Of a stretch of 64,000 bases of DNA, positions 49,746-63,792 are shown piece after piece. How positions within the stretch are numbered: position 1 is the first letter of the stretch; every line of letters starts with the position of its first letter. The DNA comes from Octopus vulgaris (Eukaryota): contig OX597823.1 of the NCBI GenBank assembly GCA_951406725.2, positions 98,456,001-98,520,000 on the forward strand, in the 5' to 3' direction. Made by a program: the position numbers and the translations under genes. The notes beneath the pieces are model-generated. The model worked only from the letters and a program-made list of their open reading frames with translations, was not told where the DNA came from and searched no databases.

Positions 49746-52439
49746 TGTAAGAGCATTAAACCAGAGTAGGTGTAACTCTCCAGCTCTGTAAAGCAATTCC
49801 CTTAGAAGGCTGCTCCAATGTAAAACCTGCAGCTTGCCAGTCACTGCAACCACTGAGCCACTAAGGTCTGACCTTCAAGTCTAAAGAGTGGGATCAGATT
49901 GTGTGGACTGACTCTAAGTGTAAGCAGGGAGAAAACTACTAAGCGCAGTGGGGAGAAAGGCTCTGCTGCTCAAGGATCAGTTTATATAGTTATTTGGGGT
50001 TGTGCTGCTCTTCTTCATGTTTTTCAGACATGATAAAACTGCCATCATCAAGAACATTAGTAGTATTAGTTCCATTTCTTTGCATTTTCAGTTCAAATCT
50101 GACTGGCTTACTTGGATTCAGATTTATTAAGTCACTATTCAACACTATTTGAGGTAGGTCTTCAGTTTGAGAATACCTCCCTACCTTCCCTTTCCATCTC
50201 TCCTTCTTTGCCATTAGTCTTAGAGGTTCTTTAAAGGGCCATGAATACTGATTTCCTTCCTGATTAAAAGATTTTTTAAAAATTCTTGTCACCAGGATAT
50301 CATGCAAGAGATAGGTTTGTCCTTTAAAATATATACAATTCTCCTAATGTCCTTGTTTATTTGTTATTTTTAAGAAATTGGTTTAGTGTTTAAGGAGTTC
50401 AATTCTTGGACAAGACTACATATTACTTCCTTGAACAAGACTGTTCATTTCAATATGCTTGAGTCTACTCAGCTGAAAATGAGTGCCAGCTGAGTGTAGC
50501 CCTCTCCCTTCTCCAGCTGTCATATCCTGAATGTGCCCGTGGGTCATAGGGTGGTGAGTTAAAAAGTGTCTATGCTTATTTGCAATTATATTAGTTTGCC
50601 TGTCATTGTCAGCAATGCAATTACATAGGAACCTAAAACAATTACCAAACCATGCTCATTCACATATGATGGCTGGCTCTTAAGTACTACATCCAAATTT
50701 TGATATCAGAGAAAGTTGCTATCAGTCCAGTGAGTGAAGTTTAGTACTTGCCCCATCAAGCCATGAATTCTAAAAATATATACAGAAAAATCACTAGCAT
50801 ACTTATCATAATTTTAAATATTTATTTATCAGTTGATTGTACAAAGAAAAATATAAATGATGAACCTATGAGGAATTGATTACATCTTCAACTTTGTTCT
50901 TAAGTTTATTGGCCAGTTGTCTTTTGAAGAGTATAAATGTTGTGTGTATAAATGATGTGTATAAATGATTGTCTTTGATGTCCTTCCATAGTTTAAGCAT
51001 TACATATATGAACCACAGCAGAATAATGTTGTAGTTAAGTTGGTTCTTTTTCAATATTTTTAGTTTTATTGATTGAAATAAACTCACTTTCATAGGTTCT
51101 TGTGTTATGGCCTATAGTTTAAAAAAAAATTTTTTTTTTTACCAAATTAGTCAATCTACTTTATTAGGGCTACTCTGGGGCTAAATGCATAATATACTCT
51201 CTTTTACTCTTTTACTTGTTTCAGTCATTTGACTGTGGTCATGCTGGAGCACCCTGGGCTAATGCATGATATAAAAACATTGAATATTGAGATGTAGGAT
51301 TGGTTTTGTATGCTGCCTGAAAAATTATGTTATTCATGTTATTCAATTCGATATTCATAAATATTTCTGCATCATTCCTATTTTTAATTGTTCTATCATT
51401 GTATTGAAATAATTGCTGTCAGCACTTACATGTTAAGAATAAAATTTCTAAAAAATATAGACAGATATAGCTGTCACTCCATTTTATTGTTCCTTTCATC
51501 TCTTCCACTTATTATTTATAGCTTGACATGTTTCTATAAGTTTCTTCAAGTTCTTTATGTATTAAATTGTCAACATTTTCATAATATTGAAGAGAAAATG
51601 ATTAGAATCTTCCACGGATTTTAAAAGGATTACAAGAAAATTTAAATTTCTTCCTCAACCTCTTATTTTCTGTTTTGCATTGATTTATTTATGAAAAGTT
51701 AATCATAGTTTAAAACTTGTTTGATGACTTTTACTCCCTTTTTAAAAATCCTCTTTTTATAGTATTATATCATTTTATCTTTTTTAAATACAGTTCTTTA
51801 AATTCTCAATATTTATCTTTAGTGTCATATGCACCTACATAACATATTTTGATTCTTTCTGCTACTGTCACACTTTATTTCGTCAGTTTGTCACTTTCAT
51901 ACTTCACTTCTCATCTCTTTTCTTTGCTCTCATACTTTGTTACTCAACTCCTCTCTGTGATTATCACGTATCACTTTATGACTCTTTTCTGTGACTCTTC
52001 CCATCTCATTTTTGTAGCTTTTACAGTTCCCTTCCCAGTTTCTCTCTATGACTCTCAGACATCACAGCACCTCTCTGTCCTGTTTGCACTGCCCAGTCAC
52101 CACCACCTTTCTATCATACTTTCAACTTACTGTTTTTAGCTGTCATTCTTAATTTTCCAGTTTGTCTTTGTGATTGTCATACTTCACATTTGATTCCAAA
52201 TTTGCTATATTCTATCACCTTGCACCATAAACTACAACATAACAGATATGATAGGTAATCCTTCAAATTTTTAAATTCCATAATCAGTATTTAGAAAATT
52301 TAGGCTCTGATTTTCTGTAAAAATCATTGTCAGTATGCTTTGTAAAAATCATATTCTCTCAAATAATCATACATCACTATTCCATCTACGGTCACTTCAT
52401 TCTGGTACTCTGGCTTCTGACTAGAGTTATGATATGCCA

Positions 52440-53140
52440 TCCTGACTTCTGTCTATAGTTTTCCTTTACTAACACCTGCTTATGACTGCCACAGTTTCAG
52501 TCACCAACCTGTGGCTGCTACTGTTTCAGTTAGCTACCTGTGCTGTAGTTGCATTGTTCCTCTTATCTACACGTGGCTCCTAATATTCCAGCTGCCAACC
52601 TGTGGCTACCATTATTTCAATTAACTACTGTGGCTACTATTGTTTCATTTACCTAAGGGTCACTATTGTTTCAGGCACCTACCTGTAGCTTTCAATCACT
52701 CCTTTTCATCTGTTTGTTGGTGCCACTTTTCCTGCTACATGTTTGTAGTTAATTCCATATCTTACCTGTGATTGCCACTGCTTTTGGCATTCCACTTGAT
52801 TCTTGTCAGTGTTTACCACTTCTCCTGCATCTTGTCAGTGGTTAGCTCTACATTTGCATTTACGTCTGCCATTATCACTCCCTTTGCAATAAATCTTGTA
52901 TCTTTCTTTGCCATTCTTCTTCAGTAATTACCACTGCTTTTGAATCTCAACTGTGGTGGCCACTTCCCTTTTGTCTTGTCAGTGGTTGCCACAACCCTTG
53001 TATTTTGCCTAGTTGACATTCTCCTTGTATCTTATTGGTGGTTGCTACTCTACTTGCCTTTCCTCTTATTTTATGCATCTGCTTTTGTGTCTTGTTACTG
53101 GTTCTTAAATCTTGTCACTGGTTGCCATTTTCTTCTCTCA
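52440..53140. repeat. Degenerate tandem minisatellite, period about 29 bp
   Basis: Units like ACCTGTGGCTGCTACTGTTTCAGTTAGCT grade into TCTTGTCAGTGGTTGCCACTTCTCCTGCA-type units. Confidence 0.65.
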
Positions 53141-53672
53141 CCTGTCTGTGTCATCTACAGTTTTTTTTTACTTCTCTCCATCAATGCTATATCTTACTTT
53201 CTTGAATTGGTACTATGACTACTACTTTCACAAATTTGTGATTTTATAACTACAAGCCTTTCTGGTTTTTGTTAGTATTCAAATAAATCAGACGAGTTTA
53301 TCATCATCATCATTTGATGTCCGTTTTCCATGCTGGTATGAGTATAGATTTTTTTTAACAAGATGTCCTTAGCATAATTTTTTAAAGTACAAATATTGGA
53401 GAAAGAATATTAGGAAAATTGGTGAAATTTTTAAAAATATAAAATTTAAATTTCTCATTCTATGAATAATTACTGAGTAAAGATTATTTTATTTCATTCT
53501 TTTATTAATGATTTCTGAAATATTTATGAAGGGGTAAAAAAAAATGCAAATATTTTAGTTTATAAATAAAATGGTATGGGAATTTAATTATACCACATGA
53601 TTGTCACTTTTGAATTAATTAAATTATTTGAATCAACAAATCCAACATTGATTAATGTTGATATTATTATTA

Positions 53673-53704
<32 letters not shown>

Positions 53705-54454
53705 GTTGTTGTTGTTGTTGAAGGGATTGTAGTGCTGCACTAAGTTCTTGGTGAAACTGAGTTCACAACCAAGTTAATTTTTGAAAATGTTTCATTTCAA
53801 TTGATATTCATCTCCATTGGAAATTTTTACTCATTTCTAAATATCTCCAGCTTTATTAATTAACATCAGTGATAAATAGGTGGATTAAATGTTAGTTTTA
53901 AATCTGTACTTTGTCCAAAGAATTCGATGTACCTCTAGAGTGGTTTTAATTATATTTTTAATATATCCATACAACATTGTTGCTCTACAAACGTGAATGT
54001 TAGTAAGGTGATGATGTAGCTTATGTGTATTGCAGTATTTAGTGACAGTCCCTTATGTTCTCAGTTCAAATCCTACAGAATTTGACTTTACATTTCAATT
54101 TTCTGGGATAGATAAATTAAGTACCAGTCGAGTGGCAGGATTGATAGGATCAACCATTCCCTCCCATCGAGTTTCTGACCCTGTGCTTATGCAAGAAATT
54201 ATTATTATTGGTAGATTAAAATAATGGGTTTTCATAATCCCTCCATTTAGTGATGACACGCAAGTTTCTGTTGCACATAAGAGTAATGCAAGTATAAAGA
54301 GATTGATAATAACTGGGCTAGAAATTTGGTTGTTTTGGGAGGGTTAGAGGAAATATTTGTGAGTTGTGATTTCTTTTCAGTCCTAACTACATTTCCTCTC
54401 TCTCTTCTCCTTCCTATCTCTTTTTTCCACCCTCTCTCTCTCTCTTCTCCTTTC

Positions 54455-54514
<60 letters not shown>

Positions 54515-54945
54515 ACACATACACACTCTCTCTTTATGTTATTTTGTTCTGCAGAATTTTTGACATTTTGTAATTACTTCTTTAGTGTAAAGAGCATTTT
54601 TTTCCTGAATTGTGAATTAGCTTCAAGATTGCCTTGATATATGCCTTAAGCTTTTCGTGAAGATTAAAAACCTTTCATGGTGTAAGCACAAAACCAACGA
54701 GGAGATTTATAGACACATTCCAGCCATCTCTATTATTGGTGCAGAGAGTAAAGACCACTTAACTACATTGGTGTTATTAACAGAGTCAAAATGACATGGA
54801 ATTGAGGACTTGGTTGCTTGATTGCAGCTATTTGAAGAAAAAGTCTACCAGAATGTACTAGGTCATGCTTTAGATGCAAGATATGGAAGTGACATTTGGT
54901 GTCTTTGTTTCGATTTCTAGTTATGGTGATCGATATATATATATG

Positions 54946-55318
54946 CATAGGAGTGGCTGTGTGGTAAGTAGCTTGCTTATGAACCACATGGTTCCGGGTT
55001 CAGTACCACTGCGTGGCACCTTGGGCAAGTGTCGACCAAAGCCTTGTGAGTGGATTTGGTAGACGGAAACTGAAAGAAGCCCATCATATATATGTATATA
55101 TAGGTATGTGTGTGTGTATATGTCTGTGTTTGTCTCCCTAACATCACTTGACAACCAATGCGTAAGAACCCGTAACTTAGCGGTTCAGCAAAAGAGACCG
55201 ATAGAATAAGTACTAGGCTTACAAAGAATAAGTCCTGAGGTCGATTTGCTTGACTAAAGGTGGTGCTCCAGCATGACCACAGTCAAATGACTGAAACAAG
55301 TAAAAGAGTAAAAGAGAG
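54946..55318 (+). mobile_element. Family-B SINE
   Basis: GGAGTGGCTGTGTGGTAAGTAGCTTGC...GGCACCTTGGGCAAGTGTC...TGACTGAAACAAGTAAAAGAGTAAAAGAG. Confidence 0.92.
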
Positions 55319-56495
55319 TGTGTGTGTATATATATATATATAGAGAGAGAGAGAGGGAGAGAATCTTAACAGTGAAGCATTAAACTGCCTAGAAATCCAC
55401 TTGCAGTTTGACAGCTTACATTTCCCAGATGGAATCTATTCCTATGAACATAAAGTAGTCTGACAAACCAAAATATGGGTATCACTGCTGCATAAAGGAT
55501 AGCAATTTGTGAAAACATTAATTTACAGGATCAGTCAATTTCTGTTAGCATGGAAAATTGAAGTTAAAAATTTGCCAGGAAGAAACAAATCTGTTCCAAT
55601 TAATTATTCATAGTTTTTGGTTGAAACATTTGACAACAAAGAAGTTTTATTCTATGATCAAAATTCGGACCGTCTCACAAATCCTTGACCTTTATAGTTA
55701 GCACTTTAAAGATCAAAGCATAGAATTCTTTTATTTGCTGTAATATTTTTAGAGTATTTCCTGCTTCAGTGTGTTAGCACACAATGGGATGATAAAATAA
55801 AAGAAATTAAATTTAAACTCTATGTATTTTTCATGGAATTTCTTTGAGTTTCAGTAGCATATTTATGAGGCCTCACTGACATTTTTTCTCATATTAGTAC
55901 TGTCTAGAATATGATTTCTTTGTTATTTCTGTATTCCCTTATTCCTATATTTTTGAAGACTAGACCATAAGTGAACATTATTTGTAGTGGTTATTTTATC
56001 CTTGTATTTTGTTAATTTGGAAAATTTTGGAATTCAAATACTGTTTGATTTCAAGCAGCTCACTAAGCAAAATTTATATATGCCATCAGAGAAAATGAAA
56101 ATAGGCTACGTTGCCTATATAGAAGGTATGTTCAAGTGTCTTTACAGAAAAGGTATTAAACTAACACCACCACAACAAGCAGCAACAGTCACAAATTTAG
56201 ACAAGGGAACAAAGCAAAATACAAGACCACAAGTTTCAGCTACTTTTTTTCAAGATCCTAGAAAACAAAAGAAAAATGGCATAACCCAAAAGCCCCGAGA
56301 ACTTAACGAAATCACACACACACACACAAACATACACCCAAGGCCTGAGGGAATGATCACGTCCACTAATGTTATCAACCACTCAAACCAACATTGTCAA
56401 TTCATTTAGAATCTAGAAATTGAGAACAATTATATTGACTTTAAAATACAAACAAAAATGTAAATGAAAAAACACGAACCTCAGATGAACATAAG

Positions 56496-56527
<32 letters not shown>

Positions 56528-56583
56528 CTCACTATTAAAAAGAAAATTTAGGAAGATTCATTTTTATATCATTTGTTCAAAGG

Positions 56584-56636
56584 TTTAAGACTGTTGCAGG
56601 TGATCCCTATTTTAAAAACCTGGAGTTTTTATGAGG

Positions 56637-56668
<32 letters not shown>

Positions 56669-56960
56669 CTTGGTTGCTATTTTGAAGTCCTATAAAACTG
56701 TTATAATTGTTGTTGCATGTTGTGAGTTGGATAAGAAAATGTGATTTCCTCATCCCCATTCAATGGTCATTAAATGATGATGATGAAATCACATAATTTC
56801 CTATCCAACTCACAACATGCAACAACAAAAATTATAAGTTATGTGAAACTTCAAAATAGCAACCAAATCTCTCTCTCTCACTCTCTCTCCCCTCTCTCTT
56901 ACACTCTCTCAAAAAAAAACTCCAGGTTTTGAAATAGGGATCACCTGCAAAAGTCTTAAA
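56584..56960. repeat. Long palindrome (arms about 165-175 bp, 36-nt loop)
   Basis: 56584-56748 is the reverse complement of 56785-56960, including (GA)n/(TC)n tracts in the arms. Confidence 0.9.
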
Positions 56961-57019
56961 TCTTTTAATGAAATAGCCACAAGTATGTTAGGATGAGAAA
57001 AGAAAAATGTGTGTACGTA

Positions 57020-57383
57020 CCATATTTAGATGAGGTTTTTCCCCTTCATCAGCACCTATCCCACCCTTTAATCATCCTTGTACACATTGCTTAAACAGCC
57101 ACTGTATGCAGTGGATTCTGGTTAACGGATATACCAATTTACATACTAAATGCATTCCTGGAAGCTGGTACATAAATCCTAATGACTTGTAGGTATGTGG
57201 TATTTCATTATGCAGCCATAATATACTATAAAGTATATTAAACGTTTCTATAAGTCAGTACCCTTTTCTCATCTTCAGTCTCATAATTTATTAACATCTG
57301 ACATCTTGTATACGAAATGTAGTAACAAAAATCAGTGCTGGCTATAATTTCTAAAGAATATCTGTAGAGATAACCTTAACAAG
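57020..57383. repeat. Unclassified dispersed repeat (homologue of 10077-10441)
   Basis: Block-wise homology in mixed orientation. Confidence 0.8.
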
Positions 57384-57406
57384 TAATATAAAAAGTGCAC
57401 TCTATA

Positions 57407-57479
<73 letters not shown>

Positions 57480-57489
57480 CCAAATCCTA

Positions 57490-57957
57490 TAACTGGCACC
57501 CGCCCGTTACCAGTGCCACTGGACTGACTCCTGTGCAGGTGGCAAATAAAGAAACACTGTTTCGACCCTGTGCTTGAGGAGACCTATTGAGTCAAGTACA
57601 TCAAAATCAATGGAAATTGTAGTTGTGATCCCTGTGCCAGTGGCACGTAAAAAGCACCATCTTAACATGGCCGATGTCAACGCCGCCTTAAATGGCTTCC
57701 GTGCCGGTGGCACGTAAAAAGCACCAACCAATCATGGCCATTGCCAGCCTCGCCAGGCACCTGTGCTGGTGGCACGTAAAAAGCAGCCACTACACTCTCG
57801 CAGTGGTTGGCATTGGGAAGGGCATCCAGCTGTAGAAACACTGCCAGATCAGACTGGAGCCTGGTGCAGCCTCCTGGCTTCCCAGACCCCGGTCGAACCG
57901 TCCAACCCATGCTAGCATGGAAAACGGACGTTAAACGATGATGATGATGATGATGAT
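57490..57957 (+). mobile_element. RTE 3'-UTR/tail retroposon copy
   Basis: Several GGTGGCACGTAAAAAGCA modules, then the tail GCATGGAAAACGGACGTTAAAC(GAT)n; preceded by (TA)n. Confidence 0.88.
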
Positions 57958-58852
57958 ATATCAACATATGTATATATCATGTACACCTATTCAAGCATTG
58001 CAGAACAGAGTTTCTGAGAGTGCATCACAACTGTAACCAATAGCAACAAAGACAATGAGAAACAATACCAGAACAGAACAAGAACTTACCAGCATTACAA
58101 CTATCAATACTATTACTAATACCAACAAAAACCACAACAGCAACGTCACCATTAGCACCAACATCACCAATAGCAGGAAAACCAGCATCAGTCGAATATA
58201 ATTTTGATGGATTCAGAAGATTTCCTTTGTTCTGTTTGTCTTCATAAGATTAGTGTCATTTATTTGATGTGTTCAGTTGAGACTGTCTTATATTCTTGAG
58301 TCAGGCATTTCTTCACCAAACACCACCAAAACTGGGGCACAAACAATCTTTGTTGTTTTCTTCACTTGCTATGACGTTTGTATTTTGCTGCTGTTTGCTG
58401 ATAACTTTTCACTCATGTGTTGTGTAACAATAAACTGGTGGCAATAACAATAGAAATAGGTAAAATAAAATGCAGATTGCTTGCAACCTGGACCTGGCAT
58501 TATTGTGAATTGGTTTGTATGTTTGAATGTGCATGACATCAGTGTGTGTGTGTGTGTGTGTGTGTAATACATACACACAATTTATATGTTGTCATCATTT
58601 TTACAACTGATTTTTCCATTCTGCAATGTATATATACATATATACTCATATATGATATATACTCATCATCCTCATTTAACATCTGCCTTCCATGCTAGCA
58701 ATGCACACACCCATACATATAATGTATATGTACAAAGATAGATAAATAGATAGAGTGAGAGAGAAAGAATTTCAATAAGCTAATAATGGCAGCCAGAGGA
58801 AAATGTGTGTCTACCTTTGTTAACTATGAAATAGTTAATCATTGTATTTATC

Positions 58853-58892
<40 letters not shown>

Positions 58893-60505
58893 GTATTCAA
58901 ATTTCTTTTGGTACAATTTAACAGCAGTGCCATTATCCAATGTGTCTCCATTTGTTAGTTCTTCCATAAGAACTTATTTCCAATCATATCAAGCTACTTA
59001 TCAATAAGATTTCCATATTTTTTATCTCGGCTATTGGTTATCAAACCAAAAACGACTGACACTCTGCATTCTTACATAATTTGTATTATTCCAACTGAAT
59101 ATATTATGGATGTCCTTTAAGCTCATTGCAAATCAACATTTTTACATCAAATTGTTTATTTCAGCTTTCTGAGAAGTTAGCTCATAATTTGTCTATTCAT
59201 ATTAAACTCAGATATATTCAAGCCATCCTTAACAGACCTTTTTTTTATGTGCCTGAGAAAGAAAAATTATGCTCATGACTTTCTTAACCTCATGTTAACA
59301 GGGAGATTCTGTTGTCAGATTCCTAATCTAAGGTTTTATAAGGTACTCAAGTATCTTTTAACCTCACCTGGTGTCTTCCCTTTATAAATCACACAACGAA
59401 TCCTTTGTGGCAAGATGCAATCCTTTTCAGTTCTCATTTTCTCCATAACCATTTCTATCTCCTCGATAACAGATACTTGCTGAAATAAGCCATTGTATTA
59501 GTTTAAAACCGTTGGGCTTGAGCAATTCAGATTTGAAATATTTAAAATGCATTACACTCACCCAGTTTTATAATATCATCCACGAGCCATTTACATAAAG
59601 CTTAGGTTTCTACTAATTCATGTCATCATATTATCATCGTAATGGAAAAAGAAAATAGACATAGAAATTATAATCGTGATGGTAATAATGATGATGGGAC
59701 ATTTCAGATTTCTCTGTTTTAACACAAAACCCAACAGTGTATAATTTTCTCATATTTTAATAGTGCACCAAAATGCTTGTAAGCAAATATATTAATCGAT
59801 TTCTTTTTGTGAAAGGCTTGAAGCCATGTTGTTTTGAAATATTTATGATGCCTTAAGCTGTAGAGAAGTAATAAATTGTTAATTGGTTGACCAAACAGCC
59901 TTCTGAATATCCTGTTGGGGAATGAGAATTGCGTTCTGATCAATAGACAATGAGATTGAACTTATGTGCTCTTGTATATTTTTCTCCACTCAGCAAGGGA
60001 TTTGATAATGTATGATTGCTTGCATTCATCTATGTATGTGCACTTTTCTATCAATGCACACATATGTTTTTAATTTTATACCATAGTCAGCATTTGTAAA
60101 CATCCACTTTGGAAATAATATCTATTTATCTATGACCCATACACTTATACACAGTTGCATACATATGTGCACTCATTCATGCAGGCACATACACATTTGG
60201 ACACAAAAGCATACATACATTTTGACATTAAAAGCACACACATTTTGATATTGGAAATGCTACTATTAATAGTAGCAAAGGGAAACAAAGGGAAATAATT
60301 CAAGTGGGTCAATGGCATAAATTTTGATGAATCAAAGAGTGATGTACCATGTGGCATATGATCAAAATTCTGTAATTAAAATTCCTTTAGTGGTAATTTC
60401 TAGCAACTCTCAAAGAAAAGCATTCATAATTCTATGATATTAAGAAGTAATTTCACAAAATTTACATGGTTAAAAAGGAAATCTGATTGTTATTAGTGAC
60501 ACTTA

Positions 60506-61797
60506 CGAGGGGCGTTCAATAAGTAATGCCCCTGACCCACTTCCCATAGCAGTAGAGCAACGAAACTTGGCACAGTTATTAGTCTTTTTCTACCTAGAAA
60601 CCACCCAGAGTTACGCATTTCTCCCATTGTTTGATGCAGCTCTGGAGACCGTTTTTGTAGAAGACCCCAGCTTGGTCCTCCAACCACAACGTGACTTCAG
60701 AAATCAAGGCTGCATCATCTGGGAAACGCTTTCCTTTCAAAAACAACTTCATGGCTGGGAAGAGGTGAAAATCTGAGGGTGCAAGGTCAAGAGAGTAGGG
60801 GCATGGGGGAGGAGTTCATAGCCGCACGCCTGTGCTTCTGATCTGGCAACCATCGATTTGTGGACCGGAGCGTTGTCCTGCAGGAGGAGGATGCCTTTGC
60901 TGATCTTGCCCCGCCTCTTGATTTTGATAGCTTCTCTTAATTTCATCAAAAGTGAAGCATAATAGGCTCCTGTAATTGTGGTACCCTTTGCCAGGAAATC
61001 TGTCATCACTACTCCATCCTCGTCCCAGAAGACTGTGAGAATGACCTTGCTAGCTGAGGGCTGCACCCTTGCCTTTTTTGGAGGAGGTGAGTCACGGTGC
61101 TTCCACTGCATTGACTGGGCTTTTGTCTCTGGATCATAGTGATGGACCCAGGTTTCATCCTGTGTAATCAGTCTTTTGAAAAATTTTGACTCATCTTCTT
61201 GGCACATCTCCAAATTCGTCCTTGCGCACTCAACGCGTTCTTGCTTCCGGAAAGGTGTGAGCAACCTGGGAATCCATATGGCAGACACCTTTTGCATACG
61301 CAAATGGTCATGAATGATTGGTTTCCACAGACCCGGTACTAATCTTGACCTCATGGGCTATTTGGCGAATAGTTATGCGTCGATCTTCCAAAATGGCAGC
61401 CTGAACTTGATGGACAGATGCCTCATCAAAAGCAGTAGGGGGCGACCAGATCTGGGAGCTGTTTCCACAGAGTTCCGACCATGTTTGAATTCACAATGCC
61501 AGCGTTTTACAAGGTCATATGATGGGGCATCATCACTATAAGTTACTTTCATTTCATCAAAAGTCTCCCGTGGTGTGCGTCCTTTCAAATATAAAAAGTG
61601 GATCACTGCCCGACACTCAACAGGCTCCATTTCACACTTGACTCAGTTCAAACACCTGTAAATCAGAAACCACAATTAGTTCAGAGCTGTAATTTACCAC
61701 TTCATCTATGAAGATATGAATAATTGCACATGCAAAATTTCAGCTAGATCAAACAACTGCAAGTGGGTCAGAGGCATTACTTATTGAACGCCCCTCG
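60506..61797 (-). mobile_element. Full-length mariner DNA transposon (1292 bp)
   Basis: TA TSD (60504-60505, 61798-61799); 37-bp TIRs CGAGGGGCGTTCAATAAGTAATGCC(C/T)CTGACCCACTT with one mismatch. Confidence 0.97.
60579..61630 (-). pseudogene. Mariner DD34D transposase, frameshifted
   Basis: HTH N-terminus with RSGRP, WIPRLLT (WVPxxL motif), ITQDETWVHHYDPETK, LLQDNAPVH, then YSLDLAPSDFHLF after a frameshift, and C-terminal WEKCVTLGGF*VEKD*. Confidence 0.95.
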
Positions 61798-62212
61798 TAT
61801 GAACTGGTTTGGGGCTTAATGAGCTTTATCAGTGAAACCTCGTCAAACTGAAGCCTACATGATCGGTGGATAAAAGCTTTTATATATAAGCAAATTTGTT
61901 AATGAAGTATTAATTAATATGAATAAGAATAGATACACTTGAACATTTATAGAAATATATTAGTATCTATGTCCACAAACAAGAGAAATATACACAATGT
62001 GTTTGTAGTAAATAAGTTTTAGAGATTATTCTGAAATAATATTCTTTCTCAGAAGATTCTAGATGAAAGAAATGTAGTTAACTCTTTTTGTTACATTCTC
62101 TCAGATGTTCTTTTTTAAATCATATTTCCCAACCTTAGAATATTCATCTTCTCTTTAAATGTAGAATGTTTCTCCTCTATCATCTACAATCATATTACTA
62201 AACACCACATGT

Positions 62213-62380
62213 ACAGGCATGGCTGTGTGGCTAAGAAGTTCACTTTGCAGCAACATGGATTTCAGGTTGCATGTGACATTGAGGAAGTATCTTTTATTAT
62301 AGCCTGAAACTGACAATGTCATATGAGTGAAATTTGGTTGATGGAAACTATACAGAAGCTCACCACACACACACATGCAC
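62213..62380 (+). mobile_element. Degenerate family-B SINE 5' part
   Basis: ACAGGCATGGCTGTGTGGCTAAGAAG...GAGTGAAATTTGGTTGATGGAAACTA. Confidence 0.6.
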
Positions 62381-62451
62381 ATACACATTTATAATTTGGT
62401 TGATTGATAGATGAAAGCTGAAAGAAGCCTGCTCTCTCTCTCTCTACCTAC

Positions 62452-62518
<67 letters not shown>

Positions 62519-63736
62519 CTCTATACATCCTTTACAACATGTAGTGAGCACTCCTTTCTTATTTGTCCAATACAAAGCAAAGTATGTGTGTGTGTTCTTG
62601 TCTGTTTTTCTGGACACCGTGCAGCAGTTGTACGCAGGCATCCCTGCCATACAAACGGTGGTGTTTGTTTCTAGTGTTCTGTGGAAGCATATCTGGCCAT
62701 GGAAAAATATTAGCTTGCTTGTTAATAGTTGAGCTGTTGGTAACAGAAGAAAAGTCATCCAGCCACAGAATATGCTACCTCAGCAGCTCTTCCTGCAACC
62801 TAGCTGGAAAATGTGGATGTAAAAACGTTGATGACTCTGATGATGAGGGAGAATCATGAAAGTAATACTCTCTTGGGATTCTTCTATTATAATCTCAATT
62901 TTCGTTATTCACAGAAAACTGATTGATTACAGCTTTTAGATATATGAAATTGTTCCTATATCTGCACTCACTCTTATTTGCTCATTCTCACACTCTTACT
63001 TCTCACTCTAAAACTTTGCTCAATCTCACACTCTCACTTACTTGTTTGCACACTCTTACTCTTGAAATTTTGCTCGTTTTTGCATTCATACTTGCTCTCT
63101 CTCACTTTCTTATTGCTCACTCTTTCATTCTCACACTCTTACTATCTCACTTACTTTCATACTCTTACTCTAACTCGCTGTGTCTGTCTGTCTGTCTCTG
63201 GTCTAACTTTGTAAAAGTTACAAAACATTTTGATAAAGTAGGAATTTCAACATAAATCATGGATCTTCAATCTAATGTGAAATTCTTTCAAAACAAGAAA
63301 AGATAAAAAAAAAAACACTTTTTCATCCAGCGTCTACCATAACCAAACATGCTTTTGTTGAATTAGGTTAGTAAAAAAAACAACAACCCAAAATCAATGA
63401 AATGTTGTTGATAAACCATTTAATACCTTTTTACAACTCTCCATACGAGTTTCTCCCTCAGGGTGAAATTTCTTTACCATCTTCATCTTGTTAATGTTTA
63501 CTTAACAATCTATTAGTGTTTCTTTTATTTATTTTCATTACAAGACAAATGATTTTTTTTCCTTTTTGCAATTTGCATTTGTTTTCTTTTTTCCCCACTG
63601 ATAAGTGGCTCTTTCATTAGAATTTTATCTTCTCTTTTACTTTTTAATTCTACATGGTTTGCAAGAATCAATGTTTTTACTATGTTTCATAACTATATAT
63701 ATATATTTTTATAGGTATCTAAGTTACTGCTTTTAT

Positions 63737-63792
<56 letters not shown>

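Noticed and set aside
52440-53140. CRISPR-like periodic repeats
   Set aside because: No invariant repeat with unique spacers, no cas genes, and eukaryotic context; it is a degenerate minisatellite.
55987-56409. 140-aa ORF with a possible internal exon 56059-56125
   Set aside because: Non-ATG start, A/C-rich low-complexity second half, no recognisable domain, and only a modest acceptor.
57991-58188. Hydrophobic 65-aa ORF (poly-Leu/Val)
   Set aside because: Antisense of a degenerate (ACC/AAC)n trinucleotide tract.
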